Of a DNA stretch of 64,000 nucleotides, positions 35,461 to 45,391 are shown piece after piece. The DNA is taken from contig VMHB01000003.1 in assembly GCA_007378985.1 (NCBI GenBank), forward strand, positions 28,283 to 92,282, given 5' to 3'. This DNA comes from Parcubacteria group bacterium Greene0714_7 (GTDB taxonomy: Bacteria; Patescibacteriota; Minisyncoccia; Phycocordibacterales; Phycocordibacteraceae). Made by a program: the position numbers and the translations under genes. How positions within the stretch are numbered: the stretch's first letter is position 1; each line of letters starts with the position of its first letter. The notes beneath the pieces are model-generated. The model was not told where the DNA came from. It saw only the letters and a program-made list of their open reading frames with translations, and did not search any database.

Positions 35461-35736
35461 TTAGGAAATCTTACACCCTGTTAAATACGATTTGAGGCGA
35501 CTATGTAAGAATAACTTGCCGTGGTGAGTTTTCAAGTAGCGCTCCCTTTTCATTGCATCCCGACGATCCAGGCACGCCTCGGAGTAAATGAGCGTAAACG
35601 GTTTGCGATCTCGTGTTGAACCTACTCGTCCTTTTTGGTGCGCCTCAAATCGTCCTTTCAAATCTTCACTATATCCCGTATAGAATTTGCCATCTTTCTT
35701 TGATCGGAGCACGTATACATAGCAGAACGTAATCAT
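35461..35736 (-). CDS. GIY-YIG nuclease superfamily protein (UPF0213)
   Basis: FCYVYVL...GKFYTGYSEDLKGRFEAH. Confidence 0.8.
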   Translation of the reverse strand: MITFCYVYVLRSKKDGKFYTGYSEDLKGRFEAHQKGRVGSTRDRKPFTLIYSEACLDRRDAMKRERYLKTHHGKLFLHSRLKSYLTGCKIS

Positions 35737-35794
35737 GATTTGAAAGGATTTAACGGGGTTAACAAAAATATAGTCGCTTACGCTTCTTATTTTT

Positions 35795-37726
35795 CTAAAC
35801 TATCTCATCAGGATCTACGGTTACCTCTATGTTAGGAGGTAATGCGCGGATACGCTCGGTGAGCGTGGTATTTGGCCATTCGCGCCGCGGAATACGTATG
35901 ACTGCGCGAGCACTCCATTCATTCTTTCCAATCGCTATAGGAGGAAGGGGTCCGACTAAATCAGTGTCAGAAAACATTTCTGTTATAGCTAGGCTTGTTT
36001 TTTCTACACTCACTTTTGTGCCTTTCCATAGGAGTCCTATAAAGGTAGTGAATGGTGGGTATCCGTATTGTTCGCGCTCTCTAATGTCTGAACGATAAAA
36101 ATCAGCAGGATTTCCAGAGGCAAAAGTTTTCATTACCTCACTGTCTGGTTTTCGTGTTTCTACAATAAACTGTAACTCAGCATGTTCTTGAAGATAAAAT
36201 AGTATGGAAAGAGTGTGTTCGTGTGCCCGCCATGCAGTGATGGAGAGCATACTGTCGAGTGAAGCAACGGCTACAATTTCTACTGGCTTTTTTAGATAGG
36301 GAAGCATTCTCTCAGTGCCGATGAGTATGGCGCCTTCTGTAGAGAAAAATTCTTCTGCGAGTTTTTTCGCTGTGCGATGTGTGGGAGCGCTATCTTTTGT
36401 GAATGTGATGAGTGGAGAGTCAGGGAATGCTTTTGCAAGTTCATCGGCAACTCGCTCAACTCCAATACCTAAGGTCACCAAGTTCCACCCCCTGCATGTT
36501 TTGCAAGGTGTTTCCGATGGTAAAGTCGCGCCACTTCGGTGCGACATGAACTGATTACCGTCTGCAGTTTTATGAAGAACCATCGGCACCCCCGTATGAG
36601 GGTCAGTTACTGGAGTGCCACAATCATTGCATACAGTGAGAGGGGCAATGCCACGCCTCGCTGCAAAAACAACTGCACGACCACCGCGAAGTATTTTGCG
36701 ATGTATCTTTTCTTTTGTGTCATCAGTAAGGGCGGTAAAAACACGCCTGACTTTTTTTGATGTTTGCTCCAAGGGTATTTCTTTTGTTCTGGTATCAATA
36801 ATATTCACCTGTGCAGTACCGCTTGGTCGTATTTGGGATCTCGCTAACTCGTCCATCTCATGTGCATCTACTCGGTAGCGTGTTTCTATGCGAAGAGGGA
36901 AGTCTGCAAGTATGAGTCGCGCGCCCATTCTTCTGCAGAGGGATTCCGCGCATCTGCGTACATCTACATGAGGCCTGGAAAATCCTCGGTATCCACGCGC
37001 ACTCTCACGTTCAACAACTATTGTGCCAATGTTCACGCGTGGTGCAGAAAGTGCGAAGGCAGTTCCAATGATGAGCACTGGTTTTGTGTCGGTACTGCAT
37101 CGATTCCATGCTTCAATTATTTTTTTCTTACTTACTTCACTGGTAAGTAGAAGTACATGGTCTTCAATTCCACGCTTCAAATTTTCTTCCATCTGTTCTG
37201 CCTCAATAACCGTAGGTACTATAATCATGACCGATTCACCGCGAGCAAATGATTCTCGAGCAAGATTTCTATAAGTTCGAACACGTTCTTCTTTTTCAGC
37301 TTGCAAGACCAAAAGATCTGCGCGCACGACAGGCTCGGTTTCGAGATTAAGCTCAGCTGTTGGCTCAAGAACGGCTTCGAGTTTATTGGAAGCGGTCAAA
37401 ATTACTTGTGATGTAAGCGTTGCAAACATAACGCTCTCATGTACCCCATGCCAGAGCGCCGCATCTTTCACCGCCGCAACAAATGCACTCGTGACAATGC
37501 GTTTCGGTTTTGTTTTTGGTGATATTTTCTTTAATGAAAAATCAGCACTACGAAGATCGAGTTTTTCTTCACGCGCATCTCGGCTCTCAATAACAAGCGC
37601 AGGGAGTGATCTATTACGAACGGAGACAGTTACTATCATGCCTGCAGGTATAGCGTCACGAGAAAAAAATGTTAGGTGATCCCGAAAAACCCCTCGTGCT
37701 ATGGGCATGACACGGACGATGAACAT
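35795..37726 (-). CDS. priA: primosomal protein N' (PriA helicase)
   Basis: DEAD-like helicase motifs plus the Cys4 zinc-binding region CNDCGTP...CKTCRG. Confidence 0.85.
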   Translation of the reverse strand: MFIVRVMPIARGVFRDHLTFFSRDAIPAGMIVTVSVRNRSLPALVIESRDAREEKLDLRSADFSLKKISPKTKPKRIVTSAFVAAVKDAALWHGVHESVMFATLTSQVILTASNKLEAVLEPTAELNLETEPVVRADLLVLQAEKEERVRTYRNLARESFARGESVMIIVPTVIEAEQMEENLKRGIEDHVLLLTSEVSKKKIIEAWNRCSTDTKPVLIIGTAFALSAPRVNIGTIVVERESARGYRGFSRPHVDVRRCAESLCRRMGARLILADFPLRIETRYRVDAHEMDELARSQIRPSGTAQVNIIDTRTKEIPLEQTSKKVRRVFTALTDDTKEKIHRKILRGGRAVVFAARRGIAPLTVCNDCGTPVTDPHTGVPMVLHKTADGNQFMSHRSGATLPSETPCKTCRGWNLVTLGIGVERVADELAKAFPDSPLITFTKDSAPTHRTAKKLAEEFFSTEGAILIGTERMLPYLKKPVEIVAVASLDSMLSITAWRAHEHTLSILFYLQEHAELQFIVETRKPDSEVMKTFASGNPADFYRSDIREREQYGYPPFTTFIGLLWKGTKVSVEKTSLAITEMFSDTDLVGPLPPIAIGKNEWSARAVIRIPRREWPNTTLTERIRALPPNIEVTVDPDEIV

Positions 37727-37961
37727 ATTAGTAGCTTACCGCCAAGCGAGGTAAGGGGAAAGAGTCCTTCTCTTTCCCGAGTGAGCGTAGGCGGAAAAAT
37801 CGTTTCGAGTTTATAGCTTTTAGGTGCTAGGTGCTAGCTTTTAAGAAGTTTAAGCTAGCACCTAAAACCTAGTATGATCCCTTCGGATCCGACGAAGCGT
37901 CGCCTAGCACCTAGTCTCTGCATCTAGAACCTGAAAGCTGACTTAATGTACAATAGAGCCA

Positions 37962-39236
37962 ATGACATCAAAAAATGTGTTCACTATCGAAGGTCTGGCA
38001 GGAAAGAAAACCCTTAAGGGCTCTATTCCTGTGTATGGTGCAAAAAATAATGTTCTAAAGGTCATGGCGGCAGCCATTCTCATTGAGGGGGAGTCAAAGT
38101 TTACCAATGTTCCAAACATTGCAGATGTTACTTCACTCGGTCGGATACTTGAGGGCTTGGGCGCGTTTGTTACTCACAAAGGTAGTGAGCTTACAGTAAG
38201 CGCAAAGGGTTTGTCAGGAAGTGTTTTGGATCCCGTACTCGCAAAATCAATGCGTGCTTCGATTGTGCTCATTGGGCCCTTGCTCGCACGTCTAGGAAGC
38301 GTCACATTCCCTCATCCGGGGGGTGATGTGATTGGGGAGAGGCCTATTGATATTTTTATTTCTGGCTTTCAAAAGCTCGGTGCTAGTTATTTGGAAAGTG
38401 GAGATTCGTACACACTCTCAGCACCAAACGGTATTTCTGGCGGGGAAATATTTTTCAGGATTGTTTCAGTAACGGCAACAGAGACATTCATGATGGCAGC
38501 ACCTTTGGCAAAAGCTCCGATTACTTTAAAAAATTGTGCGATGGAGCCAGAGATTGTTGCTCTCGCTGAATTTTTAAAATCATGCGGTGCAAATATTGAA
38601 GGAGCAGGTACTCCAACCATTATTATTCATCCCTCAACTCTTACTCAACCAACATCGGCATTTGCCATAGTGCCTGACCGCATTGAAGCAGCAACTTTTC
38701 TTGCTCTCGGTGCAATTGCAGGCGAAGAGCTTACTGTCACCGGTGTTATTTCAGAACATTTAGATGCAGTGCTTGAAATTCTTCACATGATGGGTGCCAT
38801 GCTTACTGTAGGAAAAGATTCAATTACTATCCGAGCACCTCAAACTCTCAATTCGGTAAAGTTACGTACGCACGAATACCCAGGTTTTCCAACAGATGCT
38901 CAAGCTCCTATGATGGTGGCTCTTACTCAGGCTGAAGGAGAGAGTACTGTGGTAGAAACTATTTTTAATGGTCGCTTAAACTACACAACCGAGCTTGTGA
39001 GTATGGGTGCAAAAATTGCCGTGGTGAATCCACATCGCGCCACAGTGAAAGGCAAAACTCCACTCAAAGCACGCGATATTGATGGGCCCGATATTCGCGC
39101 TGGTTTGGCATACATCCTTGCCGCTGCTATTGCTGACGGCACATCGCATGTTGGTAATGCTCACTTGATGGACAGAGGATATGAGGCAATAGAAAAACGC
39201 CTTGCAGGCGTTGGATTGAAAATTACGAGATCGTAA
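37962..39236 (+). CDS. murA: UDP-N-acetylglucosamine 1-carboxyvinyltransferase
   Basis: Full-length EPT fold with typical MurA motifs. Confidence 0.9.
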   Translation: MTSKNVFTIEGLAGKKTLKGSIPVYGAKNNVLKVMAAAILIEGESKFTNVPNIADVTSLGRILEGLGAFVTHKGSELTVSAKGLSGSVLDPVLAKSMRASIVLIGPLLARLGSVTFPHPGGDVIGERPIDIFISGFQKLGASYLESGDSYTLSAPNGISGGEIFFRIVSVTATETFMMAAPLAKAPITLKNCAMEPEIVALAEFLKSCGANIEGAGTPTIIIHPSTLTQPTSAFAIVPDRIEAATFLALGAIAGEELTVTGVISEHLDAVLEILHMMGAMLTVGKDSITIRAPQTLNSVKLRTHEYPGFPTDAQAPMMVALTQAEGESTVVETIFNGRLNYTTELVSMGAKIAVVNPHRATVKGKTPLKARDIDGPDIRAGLAYILAAAIADGTSHVGNAHLMDRGYEAIEKRLAGVGLKITRS

Positions 39237-39245
39237 TTAAGTTTT

Positions 39246-39689
39246 TTATTTTTTCCCAGTAGCAAATTCTACTAATTTTACTCCACCAATTACAGCACTA
39301 GTCCCTAATACTAGTAGAGCCAACAGTGGAGCCGAAAGAGCAGCGACGCCGGTAGTAACCATGCCGGAAATGATTACTGTGTCGATAGTCATTCCTCCAA
39401 TAAATGCCAACACTCCCGTTGGTAGTGCGATGAAGCGAAGTAGTCCGTGTCCAGCACTACCAAGGATATTTCTTTCTTTAGGGCCACCAGTTCTTGAGCT
39501 AACAAAAATAACTGATGGTTCTTGACGGGGAAAGTGTGACACACGGGTACCTACAGGCTGACCACTCGTGCGAGGAAGGGTTTTGAGTGTTGGAACTTCT
39601 AGTTGACGCTCAACAAAAGCTCCACGAGGGTGTGAATCTACCTCTTCCAAAAGTCCTCCCGATAGTCTCTCTGACTTAGGTTGAGCCAT
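39246..39689 (-). CDS. hypothetical membrane protein (two TM helices)
   Basis: ORF plus hydrophobic segments. Confidence 0.45.
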   Translation of the reverse strand: MAQPKSERLSGGLLEEVDSHPRGAFVERQLEVPTLKTLPRTSGQPVGTRVSHFPRQEPSVIFVSSRTGGPKERNILGSAGHGLLRFIALPTGVLAFIGGMTIDTVIISGMVTTGVAALSAPLLALLVLGTSAVIGGVKLVEFATGKK

Positions 39690-39691
39690 GT

Positions 39692-39925
39692 CTATTGCTT
39701 TACAAATTGAACAAGTGCTTTAAGAAATTTTCCTCCCCATTTTACAGACCAAGGTCCAGCGGGTTCTGTTTGATCCCACAAATCTTGTTTGTCATCGCCG
39801 TCTACCTGCTCAGGAGTACGAGCTTTCAGTTGACTATTTTTGTCGTACACCCCAGGAGCCAAAGGCATTTCGTCATGGTCCTTGTGTAGAGGTCTTTCTC
39901 CGCCAATGAGATTTAAAAACCGCAT
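39692..39925 (-). CDS. hypothetical small protein
   Basis: ORF. In frame with the upstream ORF and separated from it by one TAA codon. Confidence 0.4.
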   Translation of the reverse strand: MRFLNLIGGERPLHKDHDEMPLAPGVYDKNSQLKARTPEQVDGDDKQDLWDQTEPAGPWSVKWGGKFLKALVQFVKQ

Positions 39926-39928
39926 AGT

Positions 39929-40249
39929 TTAGTGTTTATTCTTTTTCTGAGCTCGCTTCACCATCCATCCTAAAAGTAGACCGATGAAAGCTTCACCCCA
40001 ACCGCTTTTCTTTGACGGTGTAGCTTCAGGGTGTTCGGCATCAGGTTCATATCGTGGACTCCATCCTTTCGGTTCGTAGCTGTATCGAGGTTGCGCATCA
40101 GCGTCAGGGTGTGTTCCCCACAAATGCAAATCGTCCCACATGGCTGAAAGCGAGTTTGTTTCTGCTACTGGTACTTCTATGTGTCCATCAAAAGCCATAT
40201 TTTTTTTGTTTATTCCACTAAGCGCGATTGAACAAATACTGTACTCCAA
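39929..40249 (-). CDS. hypothetical small protein with a C-terminal TM segment
   Basis: ORF. Confidence 0.4.
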   Translation of the reverse strand: MEYSICSIALSGINKKNMAFDGHIEVPVAETNSLSAMWDDLHLWGTHPDADAQPRYSYEPKGWSPRYEPDAEHPEATPSKKSGWGEAFIGLLLGWMVKRAQKKNKH

Positions 40250-40252
40250 TAG

Positions 40253-41296
40253 ATGTGTTTGTCAAGTGCTCATTTGTACGCCTCATCTGCTACAATTATT
40301 CGCCATGTCATTCTTTGCACCACAACTACATTGGTGTATGTGCCAGGATATGGCGTTGTTTTAAATGAGCCATCTGTTGTTGCCGTGTCAGTCCATGATC
40401 GAAAAATTTTGGCAATCGGCTCTGAAGCAAAAGAGATGGTAGGCAGAACTCCTGACTCAATAATTGCGTATCGCCCCATGAAAGATGGTGTCATTGCTGA
40501 TTACCGTGTTACGGAAGCAATGCTCCGCTACTACATTAAAAAATCGTTAGGAGCATGGAATCTTTTTAAACCCGATGTAATTGTTTCTGTTCCTGCAGGA
40601 GTTACTTCAACAGAGAGACGAGCTGTCGTTGAAGCGGGACTTAAAGCGGGTGCTCGAAATGCGTATGTTATTAAGGAGCCAATTCTTGCAGCCATTGGTG
40701 CAGGTATTCCTATTCATGAACCCCGAGGGCACATGATTGCCGATGTTGGTGGAGGCACTATTGACGTTGCGGTTATTTCACTCGGAGGTATCGTCGCTTC
40801 TACTTCGGTGAAATGTGCAGGAAATCGCATTGATCAGGCAATTGCAGACTACATAAAGAAAACCTACAATCTCGCTATTGGCGATAAGACGGCTGAAGAT
40901 ATTAAAATCGGCATTGGTTCTGCAGTGCCTGTTGAAGAAGAGTTATCGATGGCAATCAAAGGACGCGACTTATTGTCGGGACTTCCGCGAACCGCAACAG
41001 TTTCAACCAATGAAATTGTACGGGCAATCTCTCGAGAGCTTAGAGAGATGATAAAAGCAATACGAACAGTACTTCAAGAAACTCCACCAGAGCTTGCCGC
41101 CGACATCATCGACAAAGGAATTATTATGACTGGTGGCACATCACAACTTCGTCACTTACCAGAATTGGTATTTCGCCGCACCGGCGTAAGTGCAGTGCTT
41201 GCAGAAGAGGCAGCGTTCTGTGTTGCAAAAGGTACCGGCATTGCCCTCGACCATTTGGAGACCTACAAGAAAACAATGACTACGAAGCGTAGATAA
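40253..41296 (+). CDS. mreB: MreB-like actin homolog paralog, non-canonical: the phosphate-1 motif is degenerate
   Basis: Strong MreB similarity overall (LVYVPGYGVVLNEPSVVAV, GRTP, DVGGGT). Where IDLGTANT is expected the sequence reads ILCTTTT, and no alternative frame encodes DLGT. Confidence 0.7.
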   Translation: MCLSSAHLYASSATIIRHVILCTTTTLVYVPGYGVVLNEPSVVAVSVHDRKILAIGSEAKEMVGRTPDSIIAYRPMKDGVIADYRVTEAMLRYYIKKSLGAWNLFKPDVIVSVPAGVTSTERRAVVEAGLKAGARNAYVIKEPILAAIGAGIPIHEPRGHMIADVGGGTIDVAVISLGGIVASTSVKCAGNRIDQAIADYIKKTYNLAIGDKTAEDIKIGIGSAVPVEEELSMAIKGRDLLSGLPRTATVSTNEIVRAISRELREMIKAIRTVLQETPPELAADIIDKGIIMTGGTSQLRHLPELVFRRTGVSAVLAEEAAFCVAKGTGIALDHLETYKKTMTTKRR

Positions 41297-41318
41297 GTGT
41301 AAATGCTAGTATTCACAC

Positions 41319-42008
41319 ATGAAAGTATCTGAACTCGCTCATACGAAAGAAATGCATCATGCGTACCTTGTTGTAGGAAATGCAGGCAAAGGAGCTTCTG
41401 AAGTTTTGGCAATGCTGGAAACTAGAGGGGTGAAGACTGCAGGAAACCCTGATGTGCTCGTGCTTTCTTTCACAGAGCTTTCCGTTGATAACGCTCGTGA
41501 AATTTCTTCCTACGCTTCCCTGAAGCCACTTAAAGACTGGAAATATTTAATTGTTACATTTAGTCGTGCAACGACCGAGGCTCAAAATGCGCTTCTCAAG
41601 GTTGTTGAAGAGGCTACAGGCAACACAATTTTCTTTTTTTCAATTGATGCACTAGGGCATGTGTTGCCAACGCTTCAATCTAGAGCCGTTGCGGTGTCAG
41701 TGTCTGATGCGCACATGCTTTCTGATGATGAGGACGCAAAGAAAGAGGCAAGGGAATTTTTATCTGCAACTTTCGAGGAGCGTTTAAAAATGGTGGAGAA
41801 AATAGCTGGCTACATCACAAAGACCCAAGATCGTACACCAGTTCGAGCCTTCGCAAAAGAATTGTTAGAGCAGGTACATACAAAAGGCGCTTCGCCTCAA
41901 GCACTTCGAGACCTCCTTGATGCACAAGGATACATGCGCCAGCAAGGCTCATCAGTGAAAGCCGTTCTCGGGCACCTTGCCGTCACTCTCCCTCGTACCC
42001 GCATTTAA
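41319..42008 (+). CDS. holB: DNA polymerase III delta' subunit-like protein (short)
   Basis: QNALLKVVEE and PTLQSRA motifs. Confidence 0.6.
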   Translation: MKVSELAHTKEMHHAYLVVGNAGKGASEVLAMLETRGVKTAGNPDVLVLSFTELSVDNAREISSYASLKPLKDWKYLIVTFSRATTEAQNALLKVVEEATGNTIFFFSIDALGHVLPTLQSRAVAVSVSDAHMLSDDEDAKKEAREFLSATFEERLKMVEKIAGYITKTQDRTPVRAFAKELLEQVHTKGASPQALRDLLDAQGYMRQQGSSVKAVLGHLAVTLPRTRI

Positions 42009-42096
42009 GAAACTCACTAAAACCTGCGCCTAAAACTGACTAAACTAAAATGTGCTAAACCCGGGTTTAGCACAAAAGCTGAAAGCTCTTTGTAGT

Positions 42097-43242
42097 TTAG
42101 ATATAAATACGTTTTATGAGAGGGTTCAGGCGAGTGAGGAATTCGTACGTTGATGCGTTCATTGAGTCTGCAACGTCTTCCGCTTTCAGTTCATCTTTGC
42201 CATCTTTACCGATAATGGTTGCAATGCTTCCAACTTTTACATTTTTAATTCCCGTTACATCAACTGAAATCATGTCCATTGAAACTCGCCCCAAAACTTT
42301 TGCACGCTTTCCGTTTATAAGCACAAACCCATACGATGAGAGTGCACGAGAAAATCCATGCCAGTAGCCAATAGGGCATACAGCAACGGTACTCGCTCGT
42401 TTCAAGGTTTCCGTTGAGTCATAGCCAATCTTACTTCCTTTTGGAAGTTTTTTTACTTCAGAGACGACTGCTTTCCAAGACAGGATTGGTTTGAGTGTGT
42501 ATTTTTTTTTAAGAAATTTCTTTGTTTTCTCATCTGGCCAGATGCCATAGAACCCGATACCGATTCTCACCATGTCAAAGTGCGATTCAGGAAAAACGAG
42601 CGTGGGGCCCGTTGCAGCAGTATGAAGAATTGGATGTACTCCAAGTATATGAAATTCTTTCACCCATGTATCAAATTCCCCGAGTTGTTTTTTGGTGTAG
42701 AGAGGATGGAGAGGGTCTTTCCCTTGTGCAAAGTGTGTGAAGAGACCTTCAACGACGACGCGTTTTGTTTTTTTATTCCACTCCAAAAATTTACGAACCT
42801 CTGTAAGATCATCAAGAGTAAATCCCTGACGATGTAGCCCCGTATCTACTTTTATATGAATTTTAAGTGGCCGTTTAAATGTTTCTTTTTGAAGCTGGTG
42901 TAATTGCGTGATGCTTGAAACAGCAACACGTATATCATGAACCGCCGCATCTTTTATGCGCACATGGAGTGTATGGCCCAATACAAGAATAGGACATCGT
43001 ATGCCATTTTTTCTGAGCGATAATCCTTCAACGATAGAATCCACTGCAATGTAATCAACGCCGAGCACTTCAACTTCTTTTGAGAAATCGATATGTGAAT
43101 GTCCGTAGGCATTTGATTTCACCACCGAGAGTAATTTAGTGGTTTTAGGTATGAGAGAGCGGAAGAGCTTGTAGTTGTGCTTTATGGCACGGCGGTCTAT
43201 TTCAATCCATGTGCGAAGCCCCTTGTGATTCACTGTTGTCAT
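42097..43242 (-). CDS. alr: alanine racemase
   Basis: PLP-binding motif VVKSNAYGHSH. Confidence 0.85.
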   Translation of the reverse strand: MTTVNHKGLRTWIEIDRRAIKHNYKLFRSLIPKTTKLLSVVKSNAYGHSHIDFSKEVEVLGVDYIAVDSIVEGLSLRKNGIRCPILVLGHTLHVRIKDAAVHDIRVAVSSITQLHQLQKETFKRPLKIHIKVDTGLHRQGFTLDDLTEVRKFLEWNKKTKRVVVEGLFTHFAQGKDPLHPLYTKKQLGEFDTWVKEFHILGVHPILHTAATGPTLVFPESHFDMVRIGIGFYGIWPDEKTKKFLKKKYTLKPILSWKAVVSEVKKLPKGSKIGYDSTETLKRASTVAVCPIGYWHGFSRALSSYGFVLINGKRAKVLGRVSMDMISVDVTGIKNVKVGSIATIIGKDGKDELKAEDVADSMNASTYEFLTRLNPLIKRIYI

Positions 43243-43279
43243 ACTATCTATATTCTAACACTGTGCGCTCTCAGGAAGT

Positions 43280-43834
43280 TTGGTACAATTGCTTTATATG
43301 TACGATTTGAATGTATTCAAAAAAACAGCACTTGAGAAAGTCGATTGGCTACTCACCGAAGTATCAAGTCTCCGTACGGGACGGGCAACACCAACATTAC
43401 TGGATGGTATTTTTATTGAAGTGTATGGCTCTCGGATGAAGTTGAATCAGGTTGCAAATATCACCATTGAAGATGCGCGCACCTTATATGTAAGTCCGTG
43501 GGATAGAGAGCAAGTGAAAGCTATCGAAAAGGCTATAACACTAGAAGATTTAGGTGTTTCAGTAGGTTCTGACGACAAGGGGATTCGCGTATCATTTCCG
43601 ATGCTTACCGAAGAGCGCAGACATCAGTTGATTAAATTAGTGCGAGGGAAACTTGAAGAAGCACGCATTCAACTTCGAGCCCTCAGAACAAAAGCAATTT
43701 CCGATATCGAAAAGGATGAATCAAGTGAGGATGAGGTGAAGCGTCTTAAAGCAGAAGTCCAAAAGGTCGTTGACGAAGTAAATGGGAAACTCGAAGTTGC
43801 TACCGAGAAGAAAGAGGAAGAACTTAGCCACTAG
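43280..43834 (+). CDS. frr: ribosome recycling factor
   Basis: RRF signature (TGRATPTLLDGIFIEVYGS...). Confidence 0.9.
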   Translation: MVQLLYMYDLNVFKKTALEKVDWLLTEVSSLRTGRATPTLLDGIFIEVYGSRMKLNQVANITIEDARTLYVSPWDREQVKAIEKAITLEDLGVSVGSDDKGIRVSFPMLTEERRHQLIKLVRGKLEEARIQLRALRTKAISDIEKDESSEDEVKRLKAEVQKVVDEVNGKLEVATEKKEEELSH

Positions 43835-43852
43835 GGTTTAGGGTATAGGGAA

Positions 43853-44212
43853 ATGCAAACCTATAAAGATCTGACCGTATGGCAGAAAAGCATAGCGCTG
43901 GTGACGCAGATTTATTTACTCACTGAAGGTTTTCCTAAGAGTGAGTTGTTTGGTCTTACGAGTCAGATACGTCGTTCAGCAGTCTCTATTCCAGCTAATC
44001 TTGCGGAAGGCTATGCAAGAAAGCATCGAAAAGAATATGTGCAATTTGTTCGCGTCGCTTACGGGTCTGGCGCAGAACTCGAAACCCATTTAATAATCAG
44101 CAAAAATCTCAAATTGGCAGATTCGTCGCAGATTCAAGAAATTCAGGATATGCTTGATGAAGTTATGCGGATGCTTAACAAATTAATTTCCTCCCTAGTG
44201 GCTAAACCCTAA
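43853..44212 (+). CDS. four-helix-bundle protein (23S rRNA intervening-sequence protein family)
   Basis: YKDLTVWQKS...ANLAEGYARK. Confidence 0.75.
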   Translation: MQTYKDLTVWQKSIALVTQIYLLTEGFPKSELFGLTSQIRRSAVSIPANLAEGYARKHRKEYVQFVRVAYGSGAELETHLIISKNLKLADSSQIQEIQDMLDEVMRMLNKLISSLVAKP

Positions 44213-44225
44213 ACCCTATTGGCTT

Positions 44226-45294
44226 ATGTCTGTATTGATCTTCATCATCATGCTCGTTGCCCTCATTGTGGGGCATGAATTCGGACACTTAATTGTGGCT
44301 GCCAGAATTCGGTCTTGGCTTTCCTCCAAAATTGTGGGGGAAGAAAATTGGAGAAACGGAATACACAATTAATGCACTGCCGTTTGGTGGTTTCGTAAAG
44401 ATTGTTGGTGAAGACGATGCCGGTTTAGATGATCCTCGAGCATTTGCGAAGCGTCCAAAAATTCTGCAAGCTGCAACACTTTTTGCGGGGCCATTTTCTA
44501 ATCTTGTTTTAGGTTTAATTCTTTCTACCAGTGCACTCATGGTAGGTATCCCTGCGCTCGTTGGAGATACAGAGAATGCAAAGTATATACAGGATCCGCA
44601 TGTACGAGCAGTACAGGTACTTGCCAGTAGCCCCGCATTCAATGCGGGCATCAAAGCAGGCGATGAAATTGTTTCCGTCTCCTCAAATAGTGTTGAAACA
44701 AAAATAGAGAAACCTGAAGATGTTCTTACTGCCATAGAGGATGCAGAGGGCCCCATTACAGTTGGTGTTCTTCGAAACAATGTTCAGCAAGATTTCACCA
44801 TTACACCCCTTAAAGGTCTTGATTCTAAAAACCCTGAACGATTAGTCATTGGTATTGCGCCCGCACTTGTGGGCACGCTCTCGCTACCTATTGAGAAAGC
44901 TTTTGTTGCAGGAGTTACCGATACCATTACTCAAACAAAGGGAATCATAATTGGGCTAGGGACACTTATTAGTCAGGCGTTTACATTGTCTGCGGATATC
45001 TCAAATATTACGGGGCCGGTTGGCATTGTGTCACTTGTTGGAGATGCTAGCGGGTTTGGCTTGGGTTCCGTTCTTTCTCTCGCAGCGTTAATTTCAATGA
45101 ACTTGGCAATTGTGAACTTGCTTCCGTTTCCAGCTCTTGATGGCGGACGATTAGCACTCCTCTGTATTGAAACAATCTCTCGACGCAAGATTCCTGCACG
45201 AGTTTCTGATGTTGTAAATGTCGCTGGTTTCGCCGTGCTTATTCTTCTCATGCTCGCGGTTACAGCGCACGATATCTTTCGTCTAATTCAGTAA
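44226..45294 (+). pseudogene. rseP: RIP metalloprotease RseP/RasP homolog that appears frameshifted: the HEFGH zinc motif is in one frame (44226-44372) and the remainder (EFGLGFPPKLW...GGFVKIVGEDD, PDZ, LDGG) is in the +1 frame from 44293
   Basis: MSVLIFIIMLVALIVGHEFGHLIVAAR in frame 0. From 44293 the +1 frame reads WLPEFGLGFPPKLWGKKIGETEYTINALPFGGFVKIVGEDD. The junction is at the second GAATTCGG, ~44304-44312. Confidence 0.6.
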
Positions 45295-45302
45295 CTTTTT
45301 GT

Positions 45303-45352
45303 TTCCTCAAAACATTCCAACATTCTCAAGAATGTTGGAATGTTTTGAGGAA
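45303..45352. repeat. 22-bp-stem perfect hairpin TTCCTCAAAACATTCCAACATTCT-caa-GAATGTTGGAATGTTTTGAGGAA downstream of rseP
   Basis: Perfect inverted repeat without a T-run, so either a stability element or an atypical terminator. Confidence 0.5.
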
Positions 45353-45355
45353 CTG

Positions 45356-45384
45356 TTGACGGTTAGCTTTTATAGGTTTATAAT
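45356..45384 (+). promoter_or_regulatory. consensus sigma70 promoter TTGACG-N17-TATAAT for the pro operon leader
   Basis: Perfect -10 and near-perfect -35 with a 17-nt spacer, about 250 nt upstream of the proA ATG. Confidence 0.65.
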
Positions 45385-45391
45385 ACTTTGA

